NCBI RefSeq assembly: GCF_006345805.1
Contig: NC_043001.1
Coordinates: forward strand, 132,060,001-132,124,000
Length of the DNA stretch: 64,000 nucleotides
DNA from: Octopus sinensis
Lineage: Eukaryota
Reading direction: 5' to 3'
Shown here: in pieces, positions 11,766 to 24,252 of the stretch
Layout: each line of letters opens with the position of its first letter
Position numbering within the stretch: the stretch's first letter is position 1
Notes under the pieces: model-generated
Told to the model about the DNA's origin: nothing
Seen by the model: the letters and a program-made list of their open reading frames with translations, nothing else
Database searches by the model: none
Position numbers and translations under genes: made by a program

Positions 11766-12321
11766 TGCCCTGATGCAGTACCAGGCAGCGGCTCTCATGG
11801 CTTCTGATCTTAACTGACTGGAAGTGTTATCATGTACATTGTTTTGTCTTGGTATAAAACATGGGCTACAGAAAAATATTCTGCTCAATACCACAGATTT
11901 GCTTGTCAGTTGTTTGACGGTAACCAGTTGAGCATGTCCCTTAGTGGCTGACGATATGTGCATCTCTGATCACGAGTAGAAGTAGTGGGGGAGCATCATA
12001 GCCATGTGTCAAGAGGAATTCTTTGGGGTTTGAATAATTTACCTCTGAGAACATGAGTGCTACGTTCAACATCCTTAAACAACCCTTATTCAGAGACCAT
12101 TTGAGTGGAATGGGCTACTCAACCAGAAGAAAATTCTAACTGGGCCCCACCTGCAAGGTCACGTGCTGTTTATCTTGATATGAAATCACCATGTCGCGCA
12201 CATATGGTTGTGATGCATGTGCTTGGTGTACCCTTATCAGACGGGTAGTCATGATGGGTATACTGGGCTTCGTATATTTTACCCCAGTGTCACTTTGATG
12301 GCATGCACTGCTCTCTCACTC

Positions 12322-12322
<1 letters not shown>
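11766..12322 (+). mobile_element. ~557-bp non-coding repeat embedded in (TAA)n, probably a Dong-related non-autonomous element or UTR
   Basis: second copy with the same ends at 24253-24952; ends in CTCTCTCACTC(AAT)n. Confidence 0.75.
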
Positions 12323-12372
<50 letters not shown>

Positions 12373-12489
12373 GCTGAAGTGAAGAATGAGTATATAGTGC
12401 ATGTAGCAGATGAAATGCCCATAAGCATTTTGCCCAGCATGCTAATGGTTCTGCCAGCTTGCCATCTTAATTACAATCATAATTATAAT

Positions 12490-12780
12490 AACTGGGAGAT
12501 GAAGAAGGCTTTAATGGTTCCACTGTTGACTGGAGCATTGGGATGTATATCAGACAGTTTCGATAACTGTCTAGATAAGATCAGAATTGATGCAAGGTTT
12601 ACAGGTCATGCAGAAGACAGCACTACTTGTATAAAGCATGCATTTGAAGGAAAGGCTTGCCTTTGTAAGGCACAGGAGAGGAAGCAATAAGGAAGTTTTG
12701 TCAATATGTTGTAGCCTGCTCCCTAACTGAAATGTCTGGACTGTTTAACATCTATGAGTCTGAGATTTACAAAATTGAAA
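12490..12780 (+). mobile_element. old degenerate R4/Dong LINE 3' end
   Basis: WEMKKALMVPLLTGALGCISDSFDNCLDKIRID resembles the RLE C-terminal GALG motif; then frameshifted. Confidence 0.6.
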
Positions 12781-12904
12781 CATGATGATGATGAAGATAG
12801 TTTAAGTAACAAGGTAACATTAGAAGAGATATGGTTGGCTATTTCAATTGGATATTGAGCAAGGTGATTTCATAGAACTTTTTATAACAATCTTTTTTAA
12901 ATAA

Positions 12905-13118
12905 TGGTTTCAAATTTTGGCACAAGGCCAGCAAGTTTGAGAGAGGATGTAAGTCAATTACACTGACCTCAGAGCTCAACTGGTACTTATTTAATCGACC
13001 CCGAAAGGATGAATGGCAAAGTCGACCTCAGCGGAATTTGAACTCAGAACATAACGGCAGACGAAATAGAGCTACTCATTTCGCCCGGCGTGCTAACGTT
13101 TCTTCCAGCTTGCCGCCT
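12905..13118 (-). mobile_element. SINE family D short-tail variant with a young head
   Basis: GGCGGCAAGCTGG...GAGTTCAAATTCCG head and CATCCTTTCGGGGTCGA core on the minus strand. Confidence 0.85.
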
Positions 13119-13341
13119 CTGTAGAAAATTGTATAAAAATATCCATTTTTCTGAAAGTTATGAGGTAACAAATTCAAAGTGGGGGTACACTTGTGTAGGT
13201 ATGCCTATGGTGTTTTCTTTGAAGCAAAAATATTGCAACTAATACCTTTCCACGTTTATAAATGCATAAACATTTCGCATTTCGGTGTTTTAATCTAAGA
13301 GTGATTTCATAGAGCTTTTTATAACAATCTTTTTTAAATAA

Positions 13342-13532
13342 TGGTTTCAAATTTTGGCACAAGGCCAGCAAATTTGAGAGAGGATGTAAGTCAATTACAT
13401 TGACCTCAGAGCTCAACTGGTACTCATTTTATTGACCCCAAAAGGATGAAAGGCTAAGTTGACCTCAATAAAATTAGAATGCAGAACATAAAGTGAGATG
13501 TAAAGATGCTAATTGTGCCAGCTCACTGCCTT
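13342..13532 (-). mobile_element. SINE family D short-tail variant, older
   Basis: same layout as 12905-13118 with a more diverged head. Confidence 0.75.
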
Positions 13533-13721
13533 AATTTTTTTAAATGAGGCAAATAAATATAATCTGACTTTGTATTTGGAAGATCTCAGATACATGTCAT
13601 AGCTCCCACCTAGCAGGTGGTACCTGCTTGAACTTCTGGTACTTTCCATAGGTTCTTAATAGTAACATATACAACTTGAAGATAACAAATGATTAAAGAA
13701 TTTAACATAGTAACACAATAC

Positions 13722-14230
13722 AGGTGCAGGTGTGGCTGTGTGGTAAGAAGCTTGCTTCCCATCTACATGGTTTTGGGTTCAGTCCCACAGCATGTCACCT
13801 TGGGCAAGTACCTTCTACTATAGCTTCAGGCTAACCAAAGGTTTGTGAGTGGATTTGGTAGTTGGAAACTGGAAGAAGCCTGTCATATTTATATATATGT
13901 ATGTATGCATGTATGCATGCATGCATGCATGCATGTATGTATGTATGTATGTATGTATGTATGTATGTATGTATGTATGTATGTATGTATATATATATAT
14001 ATATATACAAATATATGTGTGTGTGTGCATCTTTGTCCCTCCCCCATCATCACTTGACAACAAGTGTTGGTGTGTTTATGTCCTTAAAACTTAGTGGTGT
14101 GGCAAAGAAACCAACAGACCAACAGGCTTAAAAATAAGTCCTGGGGTCAAATCATTTGACAAAAATACTTCAAGGCAGTGCTCCAGCATGGCCGCAGACA
14201 AATGACTGGAACGAATAAAAGAATAAAAGA
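13722..14230 (+). mobile_element. SINE family A with (TATG)n centre
   Basis: colinear with 517-946. Confidence 0.88.
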
Positions 14231-14816
14231 ACGACACTACCAACGAATTTAAGCTTCCAAGATATGACAGGGATAGTTTAACCTACAAAGATCATTCAGT
14301 AAATAACTTAAGGTAGAAGATTATTGTTTTCGTGCCAACCAGGAGAGACAGTTGTTTCTAAACTATTGGCATTGTATAAGTGGAACAAAGCTCTCTTTGA
14401 TCTTTTGAAGAAAGACACTTGTATGCACACCATGAATGTATTTAGGAAGATTACCAACTGAGTTTAATCTCAGTAACTCACAACAAAATTAAATACTTTT
14501 TATTTACAACTTTCCTACTGATATAAGATTCCATGAAATAAAAGTCTCAGCATAGAATTATCAGCTTATAATGGATTCATTTTGTGTCATTTTACAAAAA
14601 AAAGAAACAAAATTAGATTAATGGCTTGTCTGTATGTATGACTGCTGGTTTGTTTATTAATTTGTGATAATGAAAATATAATCAAATATAATTAAATTGA
14701 AACTTATGATATTAAATATTTTTCATATAGATAATCAGTAATAACCATCTATTTTGTGTTACTGACACTTTCTGAAAATTCCTAAAGATAATATGCATTA
14801 TGCGTGTGCAAGAAGC

Positions 14817-14834
14817 GTGTGTGTGTGTGTGTGT

Positions 14835-14914
<80 letters not shown>
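14817..14914. repeat. (TG)n microsatellite
   Basis: direct reading. Confidence 0.95.
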
Positions 14915-14915
<1 letters not shown>

Positions 14916-15579
14916 CGGGGGGGGCCAAATTTCTGTAATGTTTATTTAGTTTTGATCTTCATCATAGGTTAGGTTATAGTTTAGTATTGTATTTGAAATG
15001 CTTTCATTAAGAAAACCAACTATGTTCTGAAAGCCATAATTTTTCTTATGTGCAGATGCCAGCAGGAAAGAACTTGATTAGATAAATTCTAGATGATTGT
15101 ATCAGATAAATTTTGCACTTCGCCAACTCATCAAACAAAAAGACATAAAAAAAAAACAAATAACAGATAGATGATAATTTCAATCTTACATACAATGTAT
15201 GCTTTTTAAACCTTTCAAGAAGAAACATCAATTTACATGTAAATAATTAGATATTATAAGAGTAGAAGTCTTCAAATATGCATGTATGACCATATAATTT
15301 GCTCTGAATTTAGAATAAACAAAAATAATTATTCTAATATTGCAACAGAAGTTTAGCCCTCCAGTTAGACATGCATAATAAATGGGTAATTAATTAGTAA
15401 AACAATTATTCTTTAACATTTTTATATATAAATGAATTAAACTAAAATGGTAATTATAAATATAACATTTAAGTTGGCTTGTTTAATTACATAGTTTATC
15501 AATGTATTGGATCCAGCGCATCACACAAGTTATCATTTTATATAGAACTGTGTGCATGTGTGCACGATGTATACACACA

Positions 15580-15603
15580 GAGATATACATACATACATAT
15601 GTC

Positions 15604-15677
<74 letters not shown>

Positions 15678-15709
15678 CATATATGTGTGTGTGTATGTGT
15701 ATGTATATA

Positions 15710-15765
<56 letters not shown>

Positions 15766-15783
15766 CACACTCACATATATATA
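15580..15783. repeat. compound (TA)n/(TG)n microsatellite
   Basis: direct reading; source of the YIYIYI pseudo-ORFs. Confidence 0.95.
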
Positions 15784-16655
15784 CTAACGACAAAAATTCT
15801 ATCACAAAGTTGTAATTGTTTTACATATTTTTTTTAGAAAATGTATCTTTCTAAGGAGGGAAGGTTGGACCTTAGCCTGTGGATCCCTTCCTGCAGCTAA
15901 AATAGTAAATTGAGTGTTTCTTTTAAATTGTTGAAGATTGTTCATTTCAGTTTTTTTAAATTACTGAAGGTTAATAATTTTGTTTTCTTAAAAAGTATAT
16001 GATAGGAAAGACATTCAAAAGATACGTAAATTTAAAGAAATTTACACACATACACACACTTGTACACGAGTAATCACATGCGTTTTTGCAAATTTCTTGC
16101 ACATACACGTGTGTTCTTATTTAGAGTTTTGTGTCAGGGGAAGATATAAGGTTTCTTGCACAGATATGTGCTCTAACACAGAGCTTCTATTAAAGACGAC
16201 CTGATAAGATTTATGAAAAATAAAATCACTGCATTGTTACAGTTGACAAACATTCAGTATGAAACAATATGGACCTTTGTTGGTGGGATATCTTCACACA
16301 ATATGTTCCTCAGTGGTCTTGACTAACCATTCATCATGAATTCAAGTATGGAGTCTTACTTTACTCACAATTAATCCTCACAGTCGAATATATTCATCCA
16401 TGAGTTTAATTCTCTCTTTTGCTTGAGGAATCCAATTCTTTCTTTTGGTTGAACCAGACTTTAAGGCATTTCCCAGATCCACAATGGTCAACAATGTCGG
16501 TTCAGATCCACTTCTCATTATTCATTTTTCTTCCCCTGCTGATTAGCTCCGTGTGCTCTATTCTCTTATTCTTTCACTAGTTACATTCATCAGCATGTGG
16601 GGTCATGTTGAGGGTAGTACCTTCAAAGGTTTTTAGTTGATTATATTGATCCCAG

Positions 16656-16875
16656 GCGGCAAGCTATCAGATACGTTAGCACGCCGGGCGAAATGCGTAG
16701 CTGTATTTTGTCTGCCGTTACGTTCTGGGTTCAAATTCCGCCGAGGTCCACTTTGCCTTTCATCCTTTCGGGGTCGGTAAATTAAGTACCAGTTACGCAC
16801 TGGGGTCGATGTAATCGACTTAACCCGTTTGTCTGTCCTCTCTGTGTTTAGCCCCTTGTGGGTAGTAAAGAAATA
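16656..16875 (+). mobile_element. SINE family D monomer
   Basis: full head plus one unit; 14-bp TSD TATATTGATCCCAG at 16642-16655 and 16876-16889. Confidence 0.9.
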
Positions 16876-17399
16876 TATATTGATCCCAGTAATTATTTGA
16901 GTCTGGTTCTTATCTTATCTGTTTCACCAGTCAGTTACAAGATATAAAGAAGCACAAAATGAAGAACTATGTTGTTTTTCAGACAAGTGTAAGCATAAAC
17001 AAAGACATATACATGCATTGTCACTTGTAAGAGAGTACAACTCGGCAGCTGGTACTACACTTTTGCCAATTGTTTTAGGTACTTATGTAGTTGAGTGTAA
17101 ATACAAGCACACTTTCGTGGCTCTTCCACTCTTTACTCAACAGAATACTGAGGATGTGACAGCTGAAGGGAGAGAGAGAGAGAGCTGCTCCTACAGTCAT
17201 CTAGCACTCACTTGCAGTTGATTACATTCTCGAGTAGCATGAGTAAAATTCTACATTTGCTGTTCACTTTACAATAAACTCCACAAAGTTTCAAATAAAT
17301 AAATCTCCAAAACTGTCTTTCTTCTTTCAGCCAGGCTCACTTCCATGTACACATCCGTACCAAGTGCAAAAATATCTTCAACCACTTAAAATTAACAAG

Positions 17400-18600
17400 G
17401 CAATTGGGCCTGACAGTGTCCCTCCCATTACCCCCAATGAATCTCCTCAGTGCTAGCACCTATCTTTATCAAACACTTCAATCTCTCTCCCCTCCTTCTT
17501 TCTCTCTCCCCCTCTCTACTACCAGTCTATTGCCCTTCATTGCAGAAATCCCTATTGTGATGGAGACTGGTATTAATAACAATCTTATCTCTTCTTAACT
17601 AACAACAGCATTAGCTTTGTAGAGCTGCTAGAGACCTCCTCCTCTATGTCACTCAATACTTAGTTTTCATTCTTGAGAAATTTGGAAATTTGTGAACAAC
17701 AATTTTGTTACACTTGACATCAGCAAAGTATTCAACCATCTTTAGTATGCAATATCATATCTAAACTCTCCGTATATCAATCTCTCATCTTAGTTAGTTA
17801 GTTAGTTAGTTAATTTGGCTCAAAAGCAAATAGCAAGGCCATGTAGGGGGACATGGAGTTAAGTACAGGGTGGTGTTCATGTAAAGAGTTCAGGCCACTT
17901 GAGGTCAAGGGAGGCTTTGAACAAAGCGGTCGTCGGCATCTTCACCATCTCATCTGGCAGCTTGTTCCACGGATCTGCAACCCGGACGGAGAAAGCTCCT
18001 CTCCTTCGATTGAGATGAAATCGTCGCAGGTAGAGCTTTTCGGAATGACCCCGCAGCCGACGCTCTGGAGCAGGAGTGAAGAACAGCTCTTTCGAGAGGT
18101 TACACTTTCCGCTTATAATGTTGTGGGCGAGAATGAGATCACCACGGCGGCGGCGTTTTTCAAGAGAATAAAGGTTGAGCGTCCTCAGCCTTTCTTCGTA
18201 GGACAAATTTTTGAGACCATGAACCATGCGGGTAGCCAGCCTCTGGAATGGTAGCTTCTAGCTATTTTGCGCCACTTGTATGTGCTGACAGAGCTCTTCT
18301 GACCCACACTTTATCAACCCTTATGTAGTTGAAAGTTCAGTTTTTTTCCCCACGTGCTTTTTCATTTACATCAAAGATTTGGTCTGTCATCACTTCCAAC
18401 AATGCACATTCCTATCACTCTTCACTAACCTTTTATATATCTATATTTCATCCACAGCATTTGAGACACTTCATGAAAATAAATTAATCGCATTAATTTT
18501 ACTGATCTCAGAAGGTCTGCGAAACCATGAGCACAACACCATCCTAAGCCAAAATCCTTAAAAGATAAATAAACAAAACAACTAATCTGTATGATGATAT
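17400..18600 (+). mobile_element. very decayed LINE reverse-transcriptase remnant interrupted by a younger CR1
   Basis: YQSIAL.IAEIPIVMETGINN (~17520-17580) and TLDISKVFN (~17710-17736) resemble the RT motifs YRPIAL and LDISKAFD. Confidence 0.5.
17790..18250 (-). mobile_element. CR1 LINE 3' end
   Basis: ORF 17877-18227 LSYEERLRTLNLYSLEKRRRRGDLI...RGHSEKL...FSVRVADPWNKLP; (TAAC)n tail at 17790-17812. Confidence 0.92.
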
Positions 18601-18609
18601 TGTCTATAT

Positions 18610-18827
18610 CCCTTTAGCATTTAAACTGGCTATGTCAAGTCTATACATTCTACCTCTTTTATGTTCAAACTGACCAGATCCAGTCTCTCACACCTACCCT
18701 ACATAGTCATGAAAAATAAACACATTATTGAAATCTCAAAGCTAGAAGATAATGCATGATTAATTCAAAACAATGTGAATAAATAAGCATTATGTTTGAC
18801 AAAGTAATCTGAATGTTAAAGGGTTAA
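18610..18827 (-). mobile_element. piggyBac-type MITE
   Basis: CCCTTTAGCATTTAAAC ... GAATGTTAAAGGGTTAA; reverse orientation relative to the 2696 copy. Confidence 0.8.
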
Positions 18828-18896
18828 ATCTTGGATTGAGTGTTGCGTAGCCAATATTTTCCAATTAGTGTGGTTAACTTTCTATGTACTGTCCTT

Positions 18897-19190
18897 GTGG
18901 TCAAGAGACTAATAGTAGGGTGTTTCAGGGGAGTTTTGGTGCTGTATGGGCAAGAGACAGTGATATATGACCAAAAGTCTAGTTTTCAGTCAAGAGACTA
19001 GGGCTGGAATCTAGTCAGAAGACTGGCGGTAGTGTATGGTCAAGAAACTAAGAGTGGCATATGGTGAGGAGTCTAATGATGGTATGTGGTCCGATGACTA
19101 GTGGTGGTGGTTTGTAGTCAAGAGATTAAGAGTGATGTGTAGTCAAGGGAACTAGTGTTGGGGTGTGGTCAAAGAGACAGGTGTCAGTGT
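18897..19190. repeat. degenerate ~24-25 bp minisatellite (core TGGTCAAGAGACTAG)
   Basis: about ten imperfect GTCAAGAGACTA-like cores separated by GT-rich spacers. Confidence 0.7.
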
Positions 19191-19341
19191 ATTATTACGA
19201 GTGTTGTTGTTGTTGTGGTAGTGGTGTATTGTTAAGAGTGTGGAGGTGTGGTAGTGGACATTCAAGGGAGATGTGGTAGTCGTAGTGTGTATTCAGGGAA
19301 CTTGGATTAATTTGCATCAGCAAAATTCAGTTCGATAAAGT

Positions 19342-19560
19342 TTAACCCTTCAGTATTCACATTACTCTTTCAAATGCAATGCTTATTTCTCCACATTGTT
19401 TTGAATTTATCCTACATTATCTCGTAGCTTTGAGACTTCGATGATGTCATTGTTTATTCTTAAAATGACATTGGAGGATATGTATGAGAGGCCTGATCTG
19501 GTCAGTTAGAACAAAAAACTGGTAGAATATTTGAGACCGATCTGGTCAGTTTGGGTACTA
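19342..19560 (+). mobile_element. piggyBac-type MITE, right end decayed
   Basis: TTAACCCTTCAGTATTCACATT start; internal similarity to the other copies. Confidence 0.65.
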
Positions 19561-20505
19561 GAAGATCAGAAAAAAAAGATAAATTCTATGAAAGTGTGAC
19601 AAGATTCAGGTTCTGCTTTAAACTCAGGCGAAGGTCCCCACTTGAAATATTAGAATTTTCTTATCCCCACAGCATACTGACATTATCCAAAGACATCTAG
19701 TAGTAACATTACTAAAAATCAAAAGTAAAATGAATAAATAAAAACGTCTCTTATACAGATTTATTGTTATCATGGGAATTTCATGCAAATTGGTAAAATT
19801 TCTAAGTTTTTACAAGATTATATACAGAAGGAACCAGTTGATTCTGCATACCATTTTATAAAAACACAATTCCAAAACTATCCACAAGCAACATACTTTG
19901 AAATACAAACTACTTTTATTGTTTCGTGTTTTATTCACTAATACTTCTAACAGCCAGATATCTTGCCTATTCTATGCAAAGTTTCTTTCTTTCCTTAATT
20001 GTTTCATTAAAGAAAACTTAATTAGAGATTTGGATGATGCAGTTCTATAAATCAAAATTTATGCTATCGATTGTCACGTGTCTTGGAATATATTTGCAGC
20101 AAAACACATTGAACAAATTTCAAGTATTCTATAAATTTTAACAATCTTAATCTAAAAAATATATATATAAGAAGAAGGAAAAAAAAAAAACACAACAGAT
20201 ATAGTATAGAAGATATTTCAATATAAAAACTCATCAAATACATTTTATGGTTCTAATAAAATACAAGCATCCTTATCGTTGTCACATTGTTTTGTTGGCA
20301 TGGAGATTTATGCTACACACAGAGGAATAGATTTATATATAATTTCACATAAATAATAAAGGATGAAAGTTTATTAGCATATAAACACAAACGCATCATT
20401 GTAGACACATGCATATATAATATGAAAATATCAAACAAAAAAATCTGAATTGATGTACATAAGTATGCTAAAAGTTTAAACTTGATAATATGTTACTGAT
20501 CACTG

Positions 20506-20556
20506 TTATTATCATCATCATCACCATTATTATTAATGCTATTATTATGATTATTA

Positions 20557-20618
<62 letters not shown>
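20506..20618. repeat. (ATC)n/(TTA)n microsatellite
   Basis: direct reading. Confidence 0.95.
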
Positions 20619-21563
20619 GCAGTAAGAATTCATTATATAGACAGAGACAGAGTACTCACACTTGTATGTACATATGTACATTTGTATGTACGTATGTATG
20701 TATGCATCTTTGTATGCATGTACATATGTATGTATGTATGTATCAATGTCAGAGAACATATTTTATGAAACATTCCGAAAAATACACATATAGAATAAAA
20801 GATTACAAAAGTAAATTTCTCTGGTCAGCTGAAGAACGGAAGCTTAGATTTATTGGCAAACTTTGTCAGATTGTAAACAAGCACCATAGTAATGTATGTA
20901 TTTATGTATTTGAGTTTCACTTATTCTCTATGTAGTCTTTCGATTTTCTTTCATGCAGAATAATTGCAGTTGACAACTTTTCACTTGAAGAGAAAAGCTA
21001 ACAAAGATTTTTTTTTCCCCCTCTTTTCTCCAAATATTAATTTATGATGAAAGTAAGCCTACATCAGGAACAAAACTATATCTTACATATATTTTTTTCT
21101 CTTTTCTTTTAAAAATCATTTTACTCCAAAGACTTTATTTATTTGTGTGTATATGCATGTAAATAAAGCAACAAATGTCTAATATACAATTATTTATAAT
21201 GTAATTATTTATTTATTTGTAAATAATATATCTATACTAAGTGGATATGAAAAACGTGTCATTTTAATGCTGTGTGCTACATCATAATAGATAATAAAAA
21301 TATACTGTTTTTTTGTTTTGTTAAGTGATTTCTTTTTATTTTTTTTATTTTCTGTTATTTCTTTTTTCTGAAATGACAATATGAACAATTACTTATATCA
21401 TAAAAATCATGGAAGACTAATCTCAGTTTTGCTTTTCACCTGCTCTTTATTTGTTTGAAATATAAAGTGGCTTTTTTTTCTTTTTTGTTGCTTTGTTTAA
21501 CAAGCAAGTTTTTTTTTTTTTTTTGAGTAGCTGATCTTTTATACTGGGTTCATTTTTAGTTAT

Positions 21564-21678
21564 TTATTGCAGCAAAGAAACAGTCCACATAAAAATGTGT
21601 TGTTTCATAAAATTTACTATGGGTTTCCAATAACTGATGCCAGATTTCTTGATGGCACTAGTCACCAATATCAGTATT
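21564..21678 (-). CDS. weak candidate alternative terminal exon (37 aa)
   Basis: acceptor gctttgtttttgttgttcatag|A; only the phase-2 frame is open: ILILVTSAIKKSGISYWKPIVNFMKQHIFMWTVSLLQ*; UTR-like sequence downstream. Confidence 0.2.
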
Positions 21679-21859
21679 CTATGAACAACAAAAACAAAGC
21701 ATTTAACTAAATTAATTCAGATTCATTAGACATGGCAAGTGCAGTAAAAAAAAAAACTCCCAAATACTGAACTACCCTGAAATTTTTACACATATTCAAA
21801 CTAGTATACAACTTTTCATGAACTTTTTCATGAAGCTTGTATGCTTTGCCAGATGTGCA

Positions 21860-22397
21860 ATGTCAGTGTTCATGCATGACAGAGTGTAAGAGTCTTGGGA
21901 GAAAAATTGAGCAATAGAAGCATCAGATGTGGTGTGCAAGAAGGATGACTGTGCTGGTATGGTTATGTAATGCATATAGATGAGGACAGCAGTGTGATGA
22001 AGTGCCAATCTCTGACAGTGGAGGAAACCTGTGGAAGAGGTAGACCCAGGAAGACATGAGATGAGGTGATGAAGCATGATGTTCAAACATTGAGCCTCAC
22101 AGAGGCAATGACAAGTGACTGAGACCTTTGGTGTTATGCCATGCTTGAGAAGAGCCATCAAGCCAAGTGAAATCACAGTCAATGCAAGTGTCAAATAACT
22201 GGCACTCATACTGGTACATAAAAAGCATGTTTCGAACATTGGGCAATATGCTGTGCTTGAGAAGAGTGTTTAGCATTAGGAAGGGCATCCAGCTGTAGAA
22301 ACCATGCCAAATCAGATTAGAACCTGGTACTGCTCCCCAGCCTACCAGTTTTCAGTCGAACTGCCCAACCCATACCAGCAAAGAAAATGGACATTAA

Positions 22398-22400
<3 letters not shown>
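21860..22400 (+). mobile_element. RTE LINE 3' end (ORF2 C-terminus plus UTR) ending in (GAT)n
   Basis: degenerate DEDSSVMKCQSLTVEETCGRGRPRKT*DEVMKHD; (TGA)n tail at 22398-22534. Confidence 0.85.
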
Positions 22401-22430
<30 letters not shown>

Positions 22431-22439
22431 GATGATGAT

Positions 22440-22535
<96 letters not shown>

Positions 22536-24159
22536 CATTTATAAAGTGCAATAAGATCAAACGTAAAACAACAGCTTTAAATTTATTCATACATTTCTAT
22601 GATTTTTTCTGTATTGAAAGTATCAAAATCTTATTTTAAACAAAACTCATCCTATTTTCTACTCACTCATTCTGCTTGCTTGGTCAGAAATCAGCTGATT
22701 TGATCTTCGCATTTGGTAAAAATAATTTGTTGTGTTATCATTCTTCCAGAGTTTCTGAAATATTGAAATAATGATGGAGTATCAACATCTGGTCTGAAAT
22801 AGTTCAGCAATATGATAATAAGCACCACGATAATAATGACTTACATTATCAATGAAAAAAAACTATGCTATTTGTCCTACTGCATTATCTGAGATATTTG
22901 AACCATAATGAAAGATCATGGTTTCTCTATTCAAAAGTTATATCAGATGTTCTGAGCAAGTATTAAACTACATCTGGTGATGAGGCCCCAGCTCAAGACA
23001 TTAGGAATCTTGTAACGTATGGAATTACCTCTTGGCTACCACAACTCCCAAGTTCATTATAGCCCAGGATGATAGTACATATCAAGTGCCCCAGTTATGT
23101 ATCAAATAGCAGATGGTTCTGTGGATAGGGTACTCAGAAAGGCTGGCCTGTGTTACAGAGACTTACCAGTTTGTAGATTAGACATGTTCTGGTCTCTCAT
23201 GGATCAGTTTCCTTGTCTAAGAGTTAAAAAAAACCAGCTCTATATCTCAAGAGTAGGCTTAGGAAAGTAAGAAACTTAGCAATGTAAACAGTACACAAAC
23301 TGGCAGAAGGTAACAGGGAACAATGGCAGTACATTTTCAAAGGAAAATCATGAATATTCAGATTTTGATGGCTGCCAACACCTTTGATGCTGGCATGGGA
23401 CATGAAGAAAAAACCTTTATGAAAGAAAACCATATAAATAGTAAGTTCAAAAAACGATATTTTAAGGTTTTGTTAGAGGAAGAAGGACAGTATTCATGAA
23501 ACTTTAGGGGTCCCCAAGACTACTGGGAGAAAAGGAAGAGCTTATCCTTAGGTCAAAGACCTGATTTAGAATACTTGCAATTGAATGAACTCCACCAAAG
23601 GCAGCAATGCCCCAGTGGGGATATTAAATTAAGTGAGAGATATGTGTTCCCCCCCCCCCCGACAAAAAAAAATGGAATGATCTTTTCAACAGGTTTCCAC
23701 AATTTCTGTTTCTCAGATTTCATTCACAAGGTTTTGGTCAATCTAAGACTTTTAAAGAGAAATTTTTCCAATGTGCCAAACAGTAGGATAGAACCTGAAA
23801 CCCTGCAATTAAAATAAATTTCTTACCCATACAATCACAACTTTGTTTCACTTCACTAAAAACAAATTCCTCTACTGATGAATAATGAAAACTTTTTGAA
23901 ATACTTGCAGTGGCTTAGAATGATACAAATACTCATTTGAAAATTTTGAGGCTAATATTGGCAAGAAAACTTGCATAAGAAGGAATTTCAATCATGAATG
24001 ATTCAATTAGTAAACACTTATTCATTATCTAAAGTAGGAGACATTTTCAATGATTTGCCAGAATATCAATTCTTAGCCAAAATAGATATTTGTTTTAGAA
24101 TGTTAATTACACATGGTTGATAATCATTTTTCTATCAGCACATAGTCAGCAATTTTGGA

Positions 24160-24215
24160 TGAGGATGAGACTTGAAGTCAACTTGTACAAATACAAAGCA
24201 ACAGCCAAACATATA
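24160..24215 (+). mobile_element. terminal ~55 bp of the Dong-like LINE 3' UTR
   Basis: TGAGACTTGAAGTCAACTTGTACAAATACAAAGCAACAGCCAAACA matches 11693-11738. Confidence 0.7.
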
Positions 24216-24252
24216 ATGATGAAGATGATGATGATGATGATGATGATAATAT

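Noticed and set aside
11768-11784. CCTG-ATGCAGTAC-CAGG hairpin resembling U2 snRNA stem-loop IV
   Set aside because: Only about 17 nt of similarity and no other U2 sequence; too short to support.
13607-13622. CCACCTAGCAGGTGG palindrome or CTCF-like motif (partial recurrence near 58950)
   Set aside because: Short and imperfect; expected by chance in 64 kb.
15479-15837. Many 60-130 aa ORFs rich in YI, HT, CV or poly-I/N/D/H
   Set aside because: They are translations of microsatellites or SINE interiors, not genes.
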